NCBI GenBank assembly: GCA_030390025.1 | Contig: CM059438.1 | Coordinates: 66,900,001-66,964,000, forward strand | DNA: 64,000 bases | From: Squalus acanthias | Lineage: Eukaryota | Direction: 5' to 3' | Shown here: positions 38,079 through 48,206 of the stretch, in pieces | Layout: every line of letters begins with the position of its first letter | How positions within the stretch are numbered: position 1 is the stretch's first letter | Program-made: the position numbers and the translations under genes | Notes under the pieces: generated by a model | The model's database searches: none | The model's input: the letters and a program-made list of their open reading frames with translations, nothing else | Told to the model about the DNA's origin: nothing

Positions 38079-39887
38079 TCATGGGGTACTATTAGACGGT
38101 CCTGCGGCACCTACGGGGCCGGTTGCGACCGCCACCTGTCCACGTGCACTCAAGAGATTGCGCATGGCTCCTAACACTACTTCGATGTCGTCGGGAGGGG
38201 TGGGTGCATTAGCTTCCTTAGCCGGGACAGGCGCCTGGGCTCGGACCGCGGGATTTTTATCCTTGGAATCTTTCCAAGGGTTCCTGCAATGCTTGCGCCA
38301 GTGCCCTGTCTTCCCACACCCGTAACAAGCATTACCTGCCTGTGGGGCGCGATTACCCTCCTGATGCCACTCTCTTTGATACGGGGCTGCGGGTCGTACC
38401 TCATGTACTCTTCCCTTAAGGGGACGTGTTGCCAAACCCCTTATATTGCGATATCCTAACGTGAGTCGATTCAAGACCGACTCTTCCGTAATGTTGGGGT
38501 CATTGGGATCAAACCATGCTTTTGCCTGCTCTCGGACGGCTGGTAAACTGTTGGCTATTATGCACCTAAGCCAATGAGTTAAAGCGGCGCCTTCCACATC
38601 TTCGCGCTCGGGCGCACCTAGACAGCTGCGCTCATATACTGGCCACAGCCTGTCGGCAAAAACCTTCGGGGGTTCTCCCTCCATCTGCACTGTCTGTCCC
38701 ACTCTAGCAAACGGACCTTCATCGTTCGCCCCCAACACTTCCAGGACCTCATTCTTTAATTCCTCATAACTCTTGGTTCCCCTCTTGCTCTCGCCCGAGA
38801 GACACTGAAGGACCGAGCTGTCTAATGAGAACAGCAGCATTTTTGCTGTCTCCCCATCATCGCAGCCGTTAATGGCTGCGGCTTGCTCAACTTCTCTGAA
38901 ATGTACGGAAGGGTCGTCTGACTCGGTCAGCTTCCGTACGTGATTTATCATAGCCCTCAGCTGGTGTGAGCTGTGAGGCAACACAAGCTGTCCGAGGAGA
39001 TCCCCTGGTTCTTCCCCACCGTTTCTGTTTGGGCCCCTTTTAATACCCGTTACTGGATACAACGGTCCCTTTCCCACTTCTTTCTCAATGGGCTCTTTCG
39101 TTTCTTCCATTGCTTCCTCCCTTACCCAGGTTTCCGAATAGCTGGGTGGCGCGGAGGGCGCAGTGGCTACTACTTCCTCTGCTTTACTTGGTGGGGATTT
39201 CTTAAACTTCTCACCTACTAACGGCTGGTGTGCTGACGGACTGATAAGGTACACCATGCCGTTCGCTTTGTTTACGGCCTTCTTGAGGTGCTCTATCTCC
39301 CTTTGGCAGGCGCTATGGTCGGCTCCCTCAAACTTATCCTCAAGGGCCAACTTATATGCCGCCCTAACCCCCGTTAAGCTCTCTTCTTGAGTTCTTATCT
39401 GGGCAGCTTGGCGGCCACATCTTTCCTTTAACCTGCTCTCATTTAACTTTGCCTCAGTGACCTGGCACTCGAGATAATCTATCCTTGTTTTAAGGTGACT
39501 GGAGATTTCCTGGCTTTCTTGGTGCAACTCATTTAAATTCTTAATGAGCACCTCCCCTCCAGAAACCTTCTCATCCATTTCTCCCTCTAAATGACTGATT
39601 CGAGCTACTAGCGCTGTAATGGTCTGGTTTGAAATCTGAACCTGCCTTTTGTAACACATAAGCCAGACTGCTTTCTCGAGTGTCTTTTTATGTTCTTTAC
39701 TATCTGTCCACCTTTCGGCTGCCTCTAGCGGGCTTTTATCCGCTAACAATTCACTTATCCATTTCTTAGTTAGATTAACCTTTCCGAACACATAATCTGC
39801 TATCTTTTCCTGCATAACATTTCGTACAGTCATTCCAAAGTCTAACACACTACCCTCTCGCTGCCAGTGTCCTGCCGTGGTCGCCAT
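38079..39887 (-). CDS. gag: Gag (602 aa from the MATTAG start)
   Basis: ATG in strong Kozak context (GAAAATGG); coiled-coil region; PSAPPSY; CYGCGKTGHWRKHC zinc knuckle; ends TGA CTAG. Confidence 0.93.
   Translation of the reverse strand: MATTAGHWQREGSVLDFGMTVRNVMQEKIADYVFGKVNLTKKWISELLADKSPLEAAERWTDSKEHKKTLEKAVWLMCYKRQVQISNQTITALVARISHLEGEMDEKVSGGEVLIKNLNELHQESQEISSHLKTRIDYLECQVTEAKLNESRLKERCGRQAAQIRTQEESLTGVRAAYKLALEDKFEGADHSACQREIEHLKKAVNKANGMVYLISPSAHQPLVGEKFKKSPPSKAEEVVATAPSAPPSYSETWVREEAMEETKEPIEKEVGKGPLYPVTGIKRGPNRNGGEEPGDLLGQLVLPHSSHQLRAMINHVRKLTESDDPSVHFREVEQAAAINGCDDGETAKMLLFSLDSSVLQCLSGESKRGTKSYEELKNEVLEVLGANDEGPFARVGQTVQMEGEPPKVFADRLWPVYERSCLGAPEREDVEGAALTHWLRCIIANSLPAVREQAKAWFDPNDPNITEESVLNRLTLGYRNIRGLATRPLKGRVHEVRPAAPYQREWHQEGNRAPQAGNACYGCGKTGHWRKHCRNPWKDSKDKNPAVRAQAPVPAKEANAPTPPDDIEVVLGAMRNLLSARGQVAVATGPVGAAGPSNSTP
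39869..39886 (-). promoter_or_regulatory. Primer binding site, tRNA-Arg(TCG)-like
   Basis: TGGCGACCACGGCAGGAC lies 5 nt after the 5' LTR. Its complement GTCCTGCCGTGGTCGCCA resembles the vertebrate tRNA-Arg(TCG) 3' end as I recall it (GTCCTGCCGCGGTCGCCA). Confidence 0.8.
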
Positions 39888-39891
39888 TTTC

Positions 39892-41518
39892 TGTAAGGGA
39901 TTCTGACCCTGCGTGTCTCGCAACCTGTGAGATTCACGCGGCTCTGTGCAGCCTGTATGTCAGTGCGGGTCTAGGCCTTGTTGCCTGTTCTGGTCTCCAG
40001 CCAGCCTGGGAACACTAGACACACCTGTGAGTGGTTCGAATCACTCGCCCTTACGGTTCTAGACACTGGACTTAGATGCGAGAGCAGTAATGGAGATGAA
40101 ACTCATGTAGACTCGGTTGAATGGTACGAAATGGAAAATCTTTATTGCATGATATTTAAGATTATGAAATACATGTCATAAGCACAGATTAATGACAGTA
40201 CAATCTTACAAGCAGTTATATAGCTGATCCTAGGGAAACGAGGAACGAACGACACACCGTAAATAGGGGCACACATTACAAGTATCCTTAATACTTAAAC
40301 CCTCCCCTATCAATATCTATCCTAACTAGATTCGTAGGATTTCGAGACTCATGCTCACCACTCGTGATAACTCGGAGAAATTCCGAATAGCTGATCGGAT
40401 GTTTTTCACCGCAGCACCCACGTGTCGGTCAGGAGATCTCCTGGTCCCACTTGTTTACTTGCTTCTGCTCCGGCTAGCAGGCTGGACCGTCTGCTGTGAT
40501 GAAGACCTGTGTTGGTTGGTTTAACAGGTACTTTCGAGCACAGTTCACAGATTAGTCAATATCATCGATGATGAACCATTCTTGCAAGTTCGAAGAAGTC
40601 TCCCTGGCAAGGAAAACTTGGCTATTCGACCTACAGGCGCGGTCGGGATTTACTGACCGTGGCGATGAGTATGGTCTTCCTCTCTTCTCATCTCATCTCA
40701 TCTCATCTCATCTCATCTCGGGCCTTTGGTTCCGCTGCCAGTTACCAACATAGGTCTTCGTTACGCGACACGAGGTAGATCCGAACGGATCAGAAAGTTC
40801 AACAGTCTTTTTCAAAGAGGCACCAGGCAAGCAGGAGCCCGACTACGAGTACACAGGAGCAGCCACGAGGATAAGAGAATAAGAGACAGATGGACGGTTG
40901 GAGCTTGTAATTATAGTACAAAATCTTCCGTTTCCCGCCCAACCTTAATGTCCTTCCTTTTGTTAGGGTCTGGCGCTCAAATGTCTTGTATGGGTGATCT
41001 CCGTTCTTAATGGGTTTCGGGGCTACTCGTAACTGTCTGAGTACCTGTTAATATTTCTCCCATTGTTAAATCGGTCGGTGTTCTCCCTGGAGGGGTTTTG
41101 GGGCTTCCAAGTGTTTTGTATAACTACCTGCTAACGGCTCTCTCATCGTAGAGTCGTTGGGATTTTACATATTAATGTCTTTTGGATGGGCCCTTGATTA
41201 CTCGGTACAATAGCTTTCATTCGTACCTGGGAGACCGATTTCAGTATTTATGTGTATACTGCAAACCCATAATGTCTCGTGTATTATCTTCACTGTGCTG
41301 AATCTTAATCGATCTTGCACAAATGTTTATTGGAACGCCATCTTGTCTGCCTGTCGAAAAGTCTAGAATGTTCTGTCACGAGGTGCGGCGGCCATTTTAC
41401 AGGCTGCTTGTGTCCACTTTGAACAACCTGGCAGCATTCTGCTGAAATAAAAGCTGTTTGAACGAAACTTTGTGTTTTCTCCTTATTAATAAAATCGCGA
41501 TATATTGCGAATTCTACA
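39892..41518 (-). repeat. 5' LTR (1627 bp)
   Basis: Direct repeat of 28880-30506; the only difference seen is 40334 G vs 29322 A. Confidence 0.97.
40909..40944 (-). promoter_or_regulatory. Candidate LTR core promoter (GC box/E2F-like, ETS, TATA-like)
   Basis: Minus strand GGTTGGGCGGGAAACGGAAG..CTATAATT; YY1-like CAAGATGGCG and AAAATGGCCGCC further upstream in U3. Confidence 0.5.
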
Positions 41519-41850
41519 GGTTGGGAGGGGGGAATTGCAAAGGGGAGGAAAATCATTGAGGAAGGCCCAGTAAATAAAATGTAATAGCAAATGGGGGGAG
41601 TGTGTGTACAAAAGTTGATGTGTTTGTAAATATATTGTTCAGTTTGATAAGAACCAGTTGTGTTTGTTCATAAATTGTTGTGTTTGTTTATTATTGGTTG
41701 TGTTTGATAAGAGAGAGTTGTGCAGAATAATAAATGTTTATTTCGATGTAGCACATTTTGTAATATTTCTCATTTGAGCTTTGCCCGGTGATAGGGGCTG
41801 CGAGCTGTAATGATGTGGTTGTTCTGCGCAAAGGCCATGTGCTATATCAT

Positions 41851-42981
41851 TTATTGGAAGCGCTGTGAAATGAGGCGATCACGAACGGCCCTTGCAGAAG
41901 CAACATTGAGTGGCTCCCTCCTACATTGGTGCTGCTCCTCCTCCTCTTCATCCTCTTCCTCCTCCTGAGGTGGACCTGCAATCCCTGGTGGCAATGGCTG
42001 GGCTCTCAGAATGGCCAGGTTGTGCAGCATGCAGCACACAACAATGAAAAGGGAGACTCGATCAGGGGAGTACTGCAGGGCTCCTCCAGAGTGGTCAAGG
42101 CAGTGGCACCGTTGTTTTAGCACTCTGATAGTCTGTTCGATCAGGTTTATGATGGCGCTATGGCTCTCATTGTATGCGTACTGAGCAGGAGTGTTGGGGT
42201 TGCGGAGGGGTGTCATCAGCCAGGTGGTGAGTGGATAACCCTTGTCTCCGAGCAGCCAGCCGCGAGCTTCATGTGATGGGTGGAACACTGCTGGGACACC
42301 AGTCTGTCGCAGGATGAATGCATCGTGGCTGCTGCCAGGATAGCGGGCATTGATGGCAAAGATGCGCTGTCTGTGGTTGCACACCAACTGCACGTTCAGA
42401 GAGTGGTAGCCTTTGCGGTTGCGGAACACCTCTGCATTGTGATGAGGTGCCCGCAATGCCATGTGGGTGCAGTCAATGGCGCCCTGAACCATGGGGAAGC
42501 CACATGAGCGTCCATGCTGTTTCTCTCTGCTCATGGGGAATGAGATGTATTCCCTTCTCCTTCTGTACAGAGCATCTGTTACCTCCCAGATGCAGCAATG
42601 GACGGCAAACTGCGAAATGTTTGCAATATCCCCTGTTGAAGCGTGGAAGGAGCCGCTGACGTAGAAATTGAGAGCGACTGTGACCCTCACTGCCACTGAG
42701 AGAGACGTCCTGGTCCTGAGCTGAGGCTGGAGCTCTGGCTGCTGGAGGTGGCAGAGCTCTGTGACCACCTCCTTGCTGAAGCGGAGCCTTCCAAGGCATT
42801 GCTCCTCTGACAGATGAATGTAGGAGAACTGCTCCCGGAATACCCTGGGAGGGTAAAGTCTCCTGTGGAGAGCCCTGTTGGCCCTCCTCCCTCTGGCCAC
42901 ATTTTCCAATCTTTCTCTCTGCCTCCGCTGCCTCCGACGGTGAAGCTGGAGGGCGAGCTCCAGTGCCAGTACAGCCCCCAT
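41851..42981 (-). CDS. Harbinger (HARBI1-like) DDE transposase, ~376 aa
   Basis: [51 protein letters not shown], acidic tail. The ORF is open but appears to have a short deletion before GFP. Confidence 0.9.
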   Translation of the reverse strand: MGAVLALELALQLHRRRQRRQRERLENVARGRRANRALHRRLYPPRVFREQFSYIHLSEEQCLGRLRFSKEVVTELCHLQQPELQPQLRTRTSLSVAVRVTVALNFYVSGSFHASTGDIANISQFAVHCCIWEVTDALYRRRREYISFPMSREKQHGRSCGFPMVQGAIDCTHMALRAPHHNAEVFRNRKGYHSLNVQLVCNHRQRIFAINARYPGSSHDAFILRQTGVPAVFHPSHEARGWLLGDKGYPLTTWLMTPLRNPNTPAQYAYNESHSAIINLIEQTIRVLKQRCHCLDHSGGALQYSPDRVSLFIVVCCMLHNLAILRAQPLPPGIAGPPQEEEEDEEEEEQHQCRREPLNVASARAVRDRLISQRFQ

Positions 42982-45900
42982 TAAGTGTTGGAAATGTTGC
43001 CGTATCAAATGTAACACAAATGAACCTGACAATTTTTTGTCAGGAGCAAAACTCCTTCAAGTAGGAAAACCTCAAATGGGTCAAAATGCCTGTCTGCTTC
43101 TGTCAAAGTGACAAGGCAGCATTGTTTGCCGACAAAACAAAAACAGGAAGTGCATGCCTTTAAATAGCGCTCCCCCAGCTCCCAGCCAACTGCAAACCGC
43201 CTCCTCTACCTGTCCTTCCGAACGGCAGGCACTGAGGCAGGGTGCGAGAATTAATTTCCGGTCCGGGGTGCTACCGGGGCGATGCGGGGCTGGATGACGT
43301 CACGATATCCGGGCGCAGGCAATCATGGCGCTAGTGGTTAGCGCCACCGCGAACCATTCGGTGAATTTTTCTGGCGGTGTTACCATCGCCACGCCCGGGT
43401 GGTAAGTCATTAGCGCCCCCTGGAGGTGCCAACGGGAGGCGCTCACCAACCGAATTTCTCCCCCAGTGTATTTGTGAGTTTCTGTTAAGGTGGATTCAGG
43501 TCTACGAACCCCACTCAAACACCCAACATGGGAGGTGCGAAAGTCATAAATAATTCCTGCACTAATGAAGCTGCCTTTTCTACATACTTTGAGGTGCTCA
43601 AAAGGAATCCCTTTAAAATACGTTATTAGTGACAAAAAAAATACAAAAGATGCAAAAAAATGACAACATAACCTTTACAAGCATGCCCACTATTTTGAAC
43701 CTGGATGCCACAGTGATAGTCCATTGAATGAACAAGCACTGTAAGTAATCTCAGTGCATTCTTAATGTTGCCACATTATAGCGATTGGGTGATTACCCTT
43801 TGAAATTGGTTATTTTTCTGTGGGGAGTAAAAAGCTATTTTACAAAATTACTGAGTGAGAAAGCTGATTAACCATACGCCTTATTCTGTAGACTTCGATG
43901 AGTTTTGATCTCATTCTTATTCAAAGAGAAGTACGATTGATGCTGTACAAAGGAAAACGTATTACAGCCTGAGGCTATGAACCAAGGGCGTATGACCTGG
44001 CGCAATCAGACTTGATTGGGAGGCAGTTAGAAAGTCATTAAAAGGAGTTCTTCCTAATGTCCGACTCCCATTGGGAGACTGCACATGTGCAAATGAAGCT
44101 TGAATAATCGAAAATTGCTGACTCGATCTCGAGTTAATGAATTAGAAAATATTGCAGTTCTGACAACTGCCGTACAATTTGGCAGAGCAAATGTCACGGG
44201 TACTAGCACATAATTAGGGCTACAAATGTCACCGTAGTAAAACCAAGGGGAATCCAAGTGCTGAGGTTCCCCCTTTAAGATCAGGTGGCCGGTGACAGAT
44301 TTTCAGGGATCTTCTAAATAGGGGTGTTGTTATTTCTGCAGCTGGGGGGGAATGACAGCATCTGGGTTCCGTCTGTCAGAGATTCACAACTGCATTCAGC
44401 GATGCTTACCATTCAACACGGAGTTGCACAATCTATTTTCTGACAGCCATCTGTTCAAAAGAAAATTAATGCTTTACATTGGACGAGAGTAGAAAAAATT
44501 ATTGATCAGTTTGATATCTTTTTAATTAACAACGTGGAACATAAATCGGGCAACGAGGTTGAACGTTTTAGTTGCAGTTCAAAGAATGTCACCCAGTACA
44601 TATGCAATCAAGCGCCTCTGTGGTCCTGGGGCTCGTATCTTGTCAACAGTATGTTAATTCAGAAGTGAGTTATTAAAACCAGATATCTGGTCAGTGCACC
44701 AGTCACCAGCAAATCTGTCACTCCACATCAACCTCGTGCAAATAGGGCCTTTGTTATAAATTATACCATGCAGATGTAGATGTAAAGATTGCAGGTTGAG
44801 CAAGAGAGGAAAAAGTAAAATTGAAGATAATATGCTGGGATGACTTGTAAGACATGTACTGTAAGACATACTCTGTAACATCAACAGCTCTGCATTACAA
44901 ATGGTGTGGGTGGATGGTGGGAACAGAGAGCATTGCGAATGGAATATCAGGGAAGATAAATAGGGGAATGTGAAACTGATGACACTTGAGTTGTCTCAAA
45001 CCTGTAGCTACAGAACTATACGGTAGACATGTGCTTCATTTCTTCATGACAGGCCAGCTCTTTCGTTTTGTTCCTCATTTTAACTCAAATAATTGGCTAA
45101 GTAATAAGCTGAACAAGATTTTCTGTCTATTCATTGGCCTGTAATTCGTGATCAGTGGCAAAGCAAAGGTGCTCGCCGTTGGCCCCGAAGAAAGCTGCCC
45201 ACAGAAATCTTGTGATCTCTGTGGTGAGATGTTTGCCTTTCTCAACATGCAATTCACTGTAGGGTTGTGTAATGGGGATTCCTAGCGAAGGGCTGCAGTG
45301 ACGTCAACAAGCTGTCTAAGCAGCCACGAACATTGAAGAATTCTCAGAGACAGCAAACCAGGAAATAAAAATCTGCTTTTAGCCTCACGTTTTAAAAAAG
45401 GTTACAGAGAGTGATATAAAGATTAAAACTTTCACACAGGGATAAGGTAGAGGCTGAAATACCATGACAAACTTTAAAAATATTTATTTAAGTTTTCTTA
45501 AAAAATTGATTTTTTTTTATCATAATGGAGAAATCTGACATGCCACAAATATAAAAATTAATTTTTCAGGCCCATAACATTTGTTTAGCAGTCAATACGC
45601 TGTTAAAACCCAAGCTACTCCTATTCCAACAAGGCTTAACATTTAACAGGGTATTTACCAGCAATATTAGCACGGAAAAGCCCCAAGTTGTCGTCAGTTT
45701 CACTGATTACCAGCTATGGGGGGGCGGGAGGGGGGCCCACAGCATAGACTGTGGTGGAGCAGTGAACGACTGAGCGCAACTTTAGGATTTTTGCATTTCG
45801 ATGCGCTAAATCCTGATGTTGCGGTCAGTTTAAAAAAGGGGTAATGACGGCGAACACTGACAGTTTGCTGTCCTTACCCACCGCAAAATCCGGGCCAATA

Positions 45901-45999
45901 TGTTGGTAGAAAATCTAGTCCATAATAACTATTTTGTAAGAAACAAACAATACCATTTATGTTTTAATGATTGGAATCAAGGGAGCGGTGAAAGACCTG

Positions 46000-46831
46000 G
46001 GGCTGGGTTTTGCCAGACTTGGGGAGGCGGGTTTGGAGGCGGGACTGCTGGGAAAATGGTAGAATTTGGGGGCAGGTGCCCAACCCACCTCCATGCCATC
46101 TTCCCAGGAGGTGGGTAGCCGTCCCGCGCCGGGTCCCGTCTCCTTGGAGGTGGGAAGGGATTACAGCCACTTAACTGCCTGTTTACAGGTAGTTAACAGG
46201 CAGAAAATAGGATTATCCCCTTTTTGCCCACACAAGTGCGGGCTTCCCGAAGGCTCCGAAACCCGCCAGGGTCACCGAGGCGAGTAGTGGGTCTGCGGGG
46301 GTCGGAGGGGTCCAAAAGTGTGCTGTGGAGGTGAGTGATGGGTGCAAGTGTGGAGAGGTGAGTATCTGAGGTAAATGCAAAGTGTTAGAAAAAGTGTACT
46401 TACCTTTGTTTCTTCCCGCAGGCTTCAATCCTTGGGTCTGCGGAGAGTCTCGCACCTCTGCGGTAGAGATGACAGATGGCCGTTGCATTCTCCAATGCAA
46501 CAACCATCTCATTTCTGCAAAAGAAAGAGGTTTGATGAGGTCTTGAATTCAAGACCTCAAACTACAGAGAATGTCAGTGTTTGACAGCTTCACAGAGCTG
46601 TCAAACGATAACAATTCATCTGTCAAAAATCTTTGACAGATGAAACGTCATACGTTGATGTTCTCTGCAACCGGCTTTCCCTTAATTGGCCTGCTAAGCC
46701 CGCTGGGTGGGCTTAACAAGGTCAATCAAGGGAAAATAGCGTGGGTTGGCCAGAAGTTGATGGAGGTGGGACTGAAATCCGACAAGTGGGAGTCCCGCCT
46801 CCAAAAGCTCCGCATTGGCAAAATCACCTCC
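46000..46831. mobile_element. Harbinger-type MITE, same family as 4983-5796
   Basis: Degenerate TIR (GGGCTGGGTTTTGCC / GGCAAAATCACCTCC); shared internal blocks (ttaactgcctgtt.acaggtagttaacaggcagaaaa; ggcttaacaaggtcaatca). Confidence 0.7.
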
Positions 46832-47379
46832 CCCCCCAGTATAAATAACTTCAATCACAGCTAATATACTGTTTAAGTCAGATATATGATACATGATATA
46901 GCCTATAGTTTTTAATTACACTGCCTGTGTCATGCCAGTTGCTTATAAAGACATTTATTCAAACCAAACACATTTCTTGAAGCTGATCAGTTCTTGTACA
47001 AATTTGTTGCACCTCGTTGGCTCATGAGCAGCTATTGCTTCTTTATTTTGAACGACCGAGAAAAAATCCAGAAGACTTGCAATTGCTGTAAAGATGAGCG
47101 CAATTTTCAAGAGCATCCTTTTTAATATTTAACATCAATGCAGAGAAAAATCGTACATCAGATCCGCACAGTAAATAAAAGCTGGATCATCTGACTGATA
47201 ATTGGAACACCTATCTGTTAACCTTGTAACAGTTGCTGGATCTTGACACTATTTTTACCTGAATACTCACCCTGTCCCACTCCACTGCAGCTCTCAGCCC
47301 ATGATTACATTGAAGGTGCAGCACAGAAACAGGCCATTTGGCCCAACCAGTCTATGCCGGTGTTTATGCTCCACATGAG

Positions 47380-47592
47380 TCTCTGTCTCTCTCTCTGTCT
47401 CTGTCTGTCTCTGTCTGTCTCTCTATCTGTCTGTCTCGCTGTCTCTCTCTCTCGCTGTCTCTCTCTCTCGCTGTCTCTCTCTCTCGCTGTCTCTCTCTCT
47501 GTGTGTTTCTCTCTCTGTGTGTCTCTCTCTTTGTGTGTCTCTCTCTCTCTCTCTCTCTCTCTGTATCTGTCTCTGTCGCTCTCTCTCTCTCT
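47380..47592 (+). repeat. Imperfect (CT)n microsatellite next to a CR1 tail
   Basis: CT/GT-rich dinucleotide run following a short minus-strand CR1 3' tail (~47318-47378). Confidence 0.9.
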
Positions 47593-48206
47593 GTACCGCA
47601 CTTCCACAATCTTCAGCCATTACCTCCATTCATTCAGCTCTCCTTTCCAACAGCATATTGTCCAGCTCCCAGTCAGCATTGCCAGTGACTTTAAAACAAA
47701 GGCTAACTGAGATAGGGAGAGAGAGGGAGATGATTACAACATGTGGTTTATTTCCTTTATGATGAGAATTTGGAAATATTGATTGCTCAGAGGAAGTTTA
47801 AACTATACATTTGTGTTATTTATTTATCCAGTTGAAGTGTGTAAGGTAAAAAGTAAAGAAATGAAAAAGAAAGCCACCAATTATTTTTTCCCCAGAAACC
47901 AATCAGTCTGTGGCCACATTTCTTTCCAAATTCTTTTATTGGAGAGTCACATCCCTCACCCATTTCCACATCCCAGAACCCCTCTGCAATAGCATAACCT
48001 TTAACTCGCCACTGGCAATGATCCATGTCTCCTGTTAGAAGTCGATTAATTGACCTTCCCAATCAAATTAAAAACAAAACCTTGGTTCTGAACTGCAGCC
48101 TGAATAGCAACTGAATGCTGCTCACCCAGTTTTTAACCCAACAGCCATTAGGTTTTGTGGCCTTAAAGAGAGACAGGTTCACCCAAGCAGTAAAATTATC
48201 TCCAAA

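Larger units (their letters stand above)
28880..41518 (-). mobile_element. Full-length endogenous retrovirus-like provirus (LTR-gag-pol-env-LTR), lokiretrovirus-like
   Basis: Paired 1627-bp LTRs with TG..CA ends, PBS, PPT, gag, pol with two RNase H folds, and an F-type env. The provirus itself is certain; the family assignment is inferred. Confidence 0.95.
27023..41573 (+). pseudogene. Harbinger Myb/SANT-like DNA-binding gene, 3 exons (27023-27264, 27494-27656, 27814-41573), last exon interrupted by the provirus
   Basis: RFSDQALEVLVGAVERR..RTQTQCRKKFNDL and TGGG motifs; ttgcag and ttcag acceptors; GTATGT donor; first donor mutated (ATGAGT); one frameshift and four in-frame stops; frame resumes after the provirus to TAA at 41571-41573. 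Confidence 0.8.
26683..43463. mobile_element. Two-gene PIF/Harbinger DNA transposon (~4.1 kb without the provirus)
   Basis: TIRs GGGGAAAAATTCGGT / GGGGAGAAATTCGGT (14/15); flanks TAG/CAG (CWG-type TSD); convergent Myb/SANT gene (+) and DDE transposase (-). Confidence 0.9.
26243..43584 (+). mobile_element. Probable solo LTR (~560 bp: 26243-26682 plus 43467-43584) split by the Harbinger insertion
   Basis: Ends TGTCAGACAAAGGCAGCTT and AAGCTGCCTTTTCTACA form imperfect inverted termini (TG..CA); TATAAAA at ~26481; AATAAA at ~26656; flanks only approximately duplicated. Confidence 0.5.

Noticed and set aside
39888..39923. Longer gag start (MRDTQG..) given by the ORF track
   Set aside because: It is a non-ATG start inside U5; the ATG at 39887 has a strong Kozak context.
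47243..47762. Several LS/RE-repeat ORFs
   Set aside because: Artefacts of the (CT)n microsatellite.
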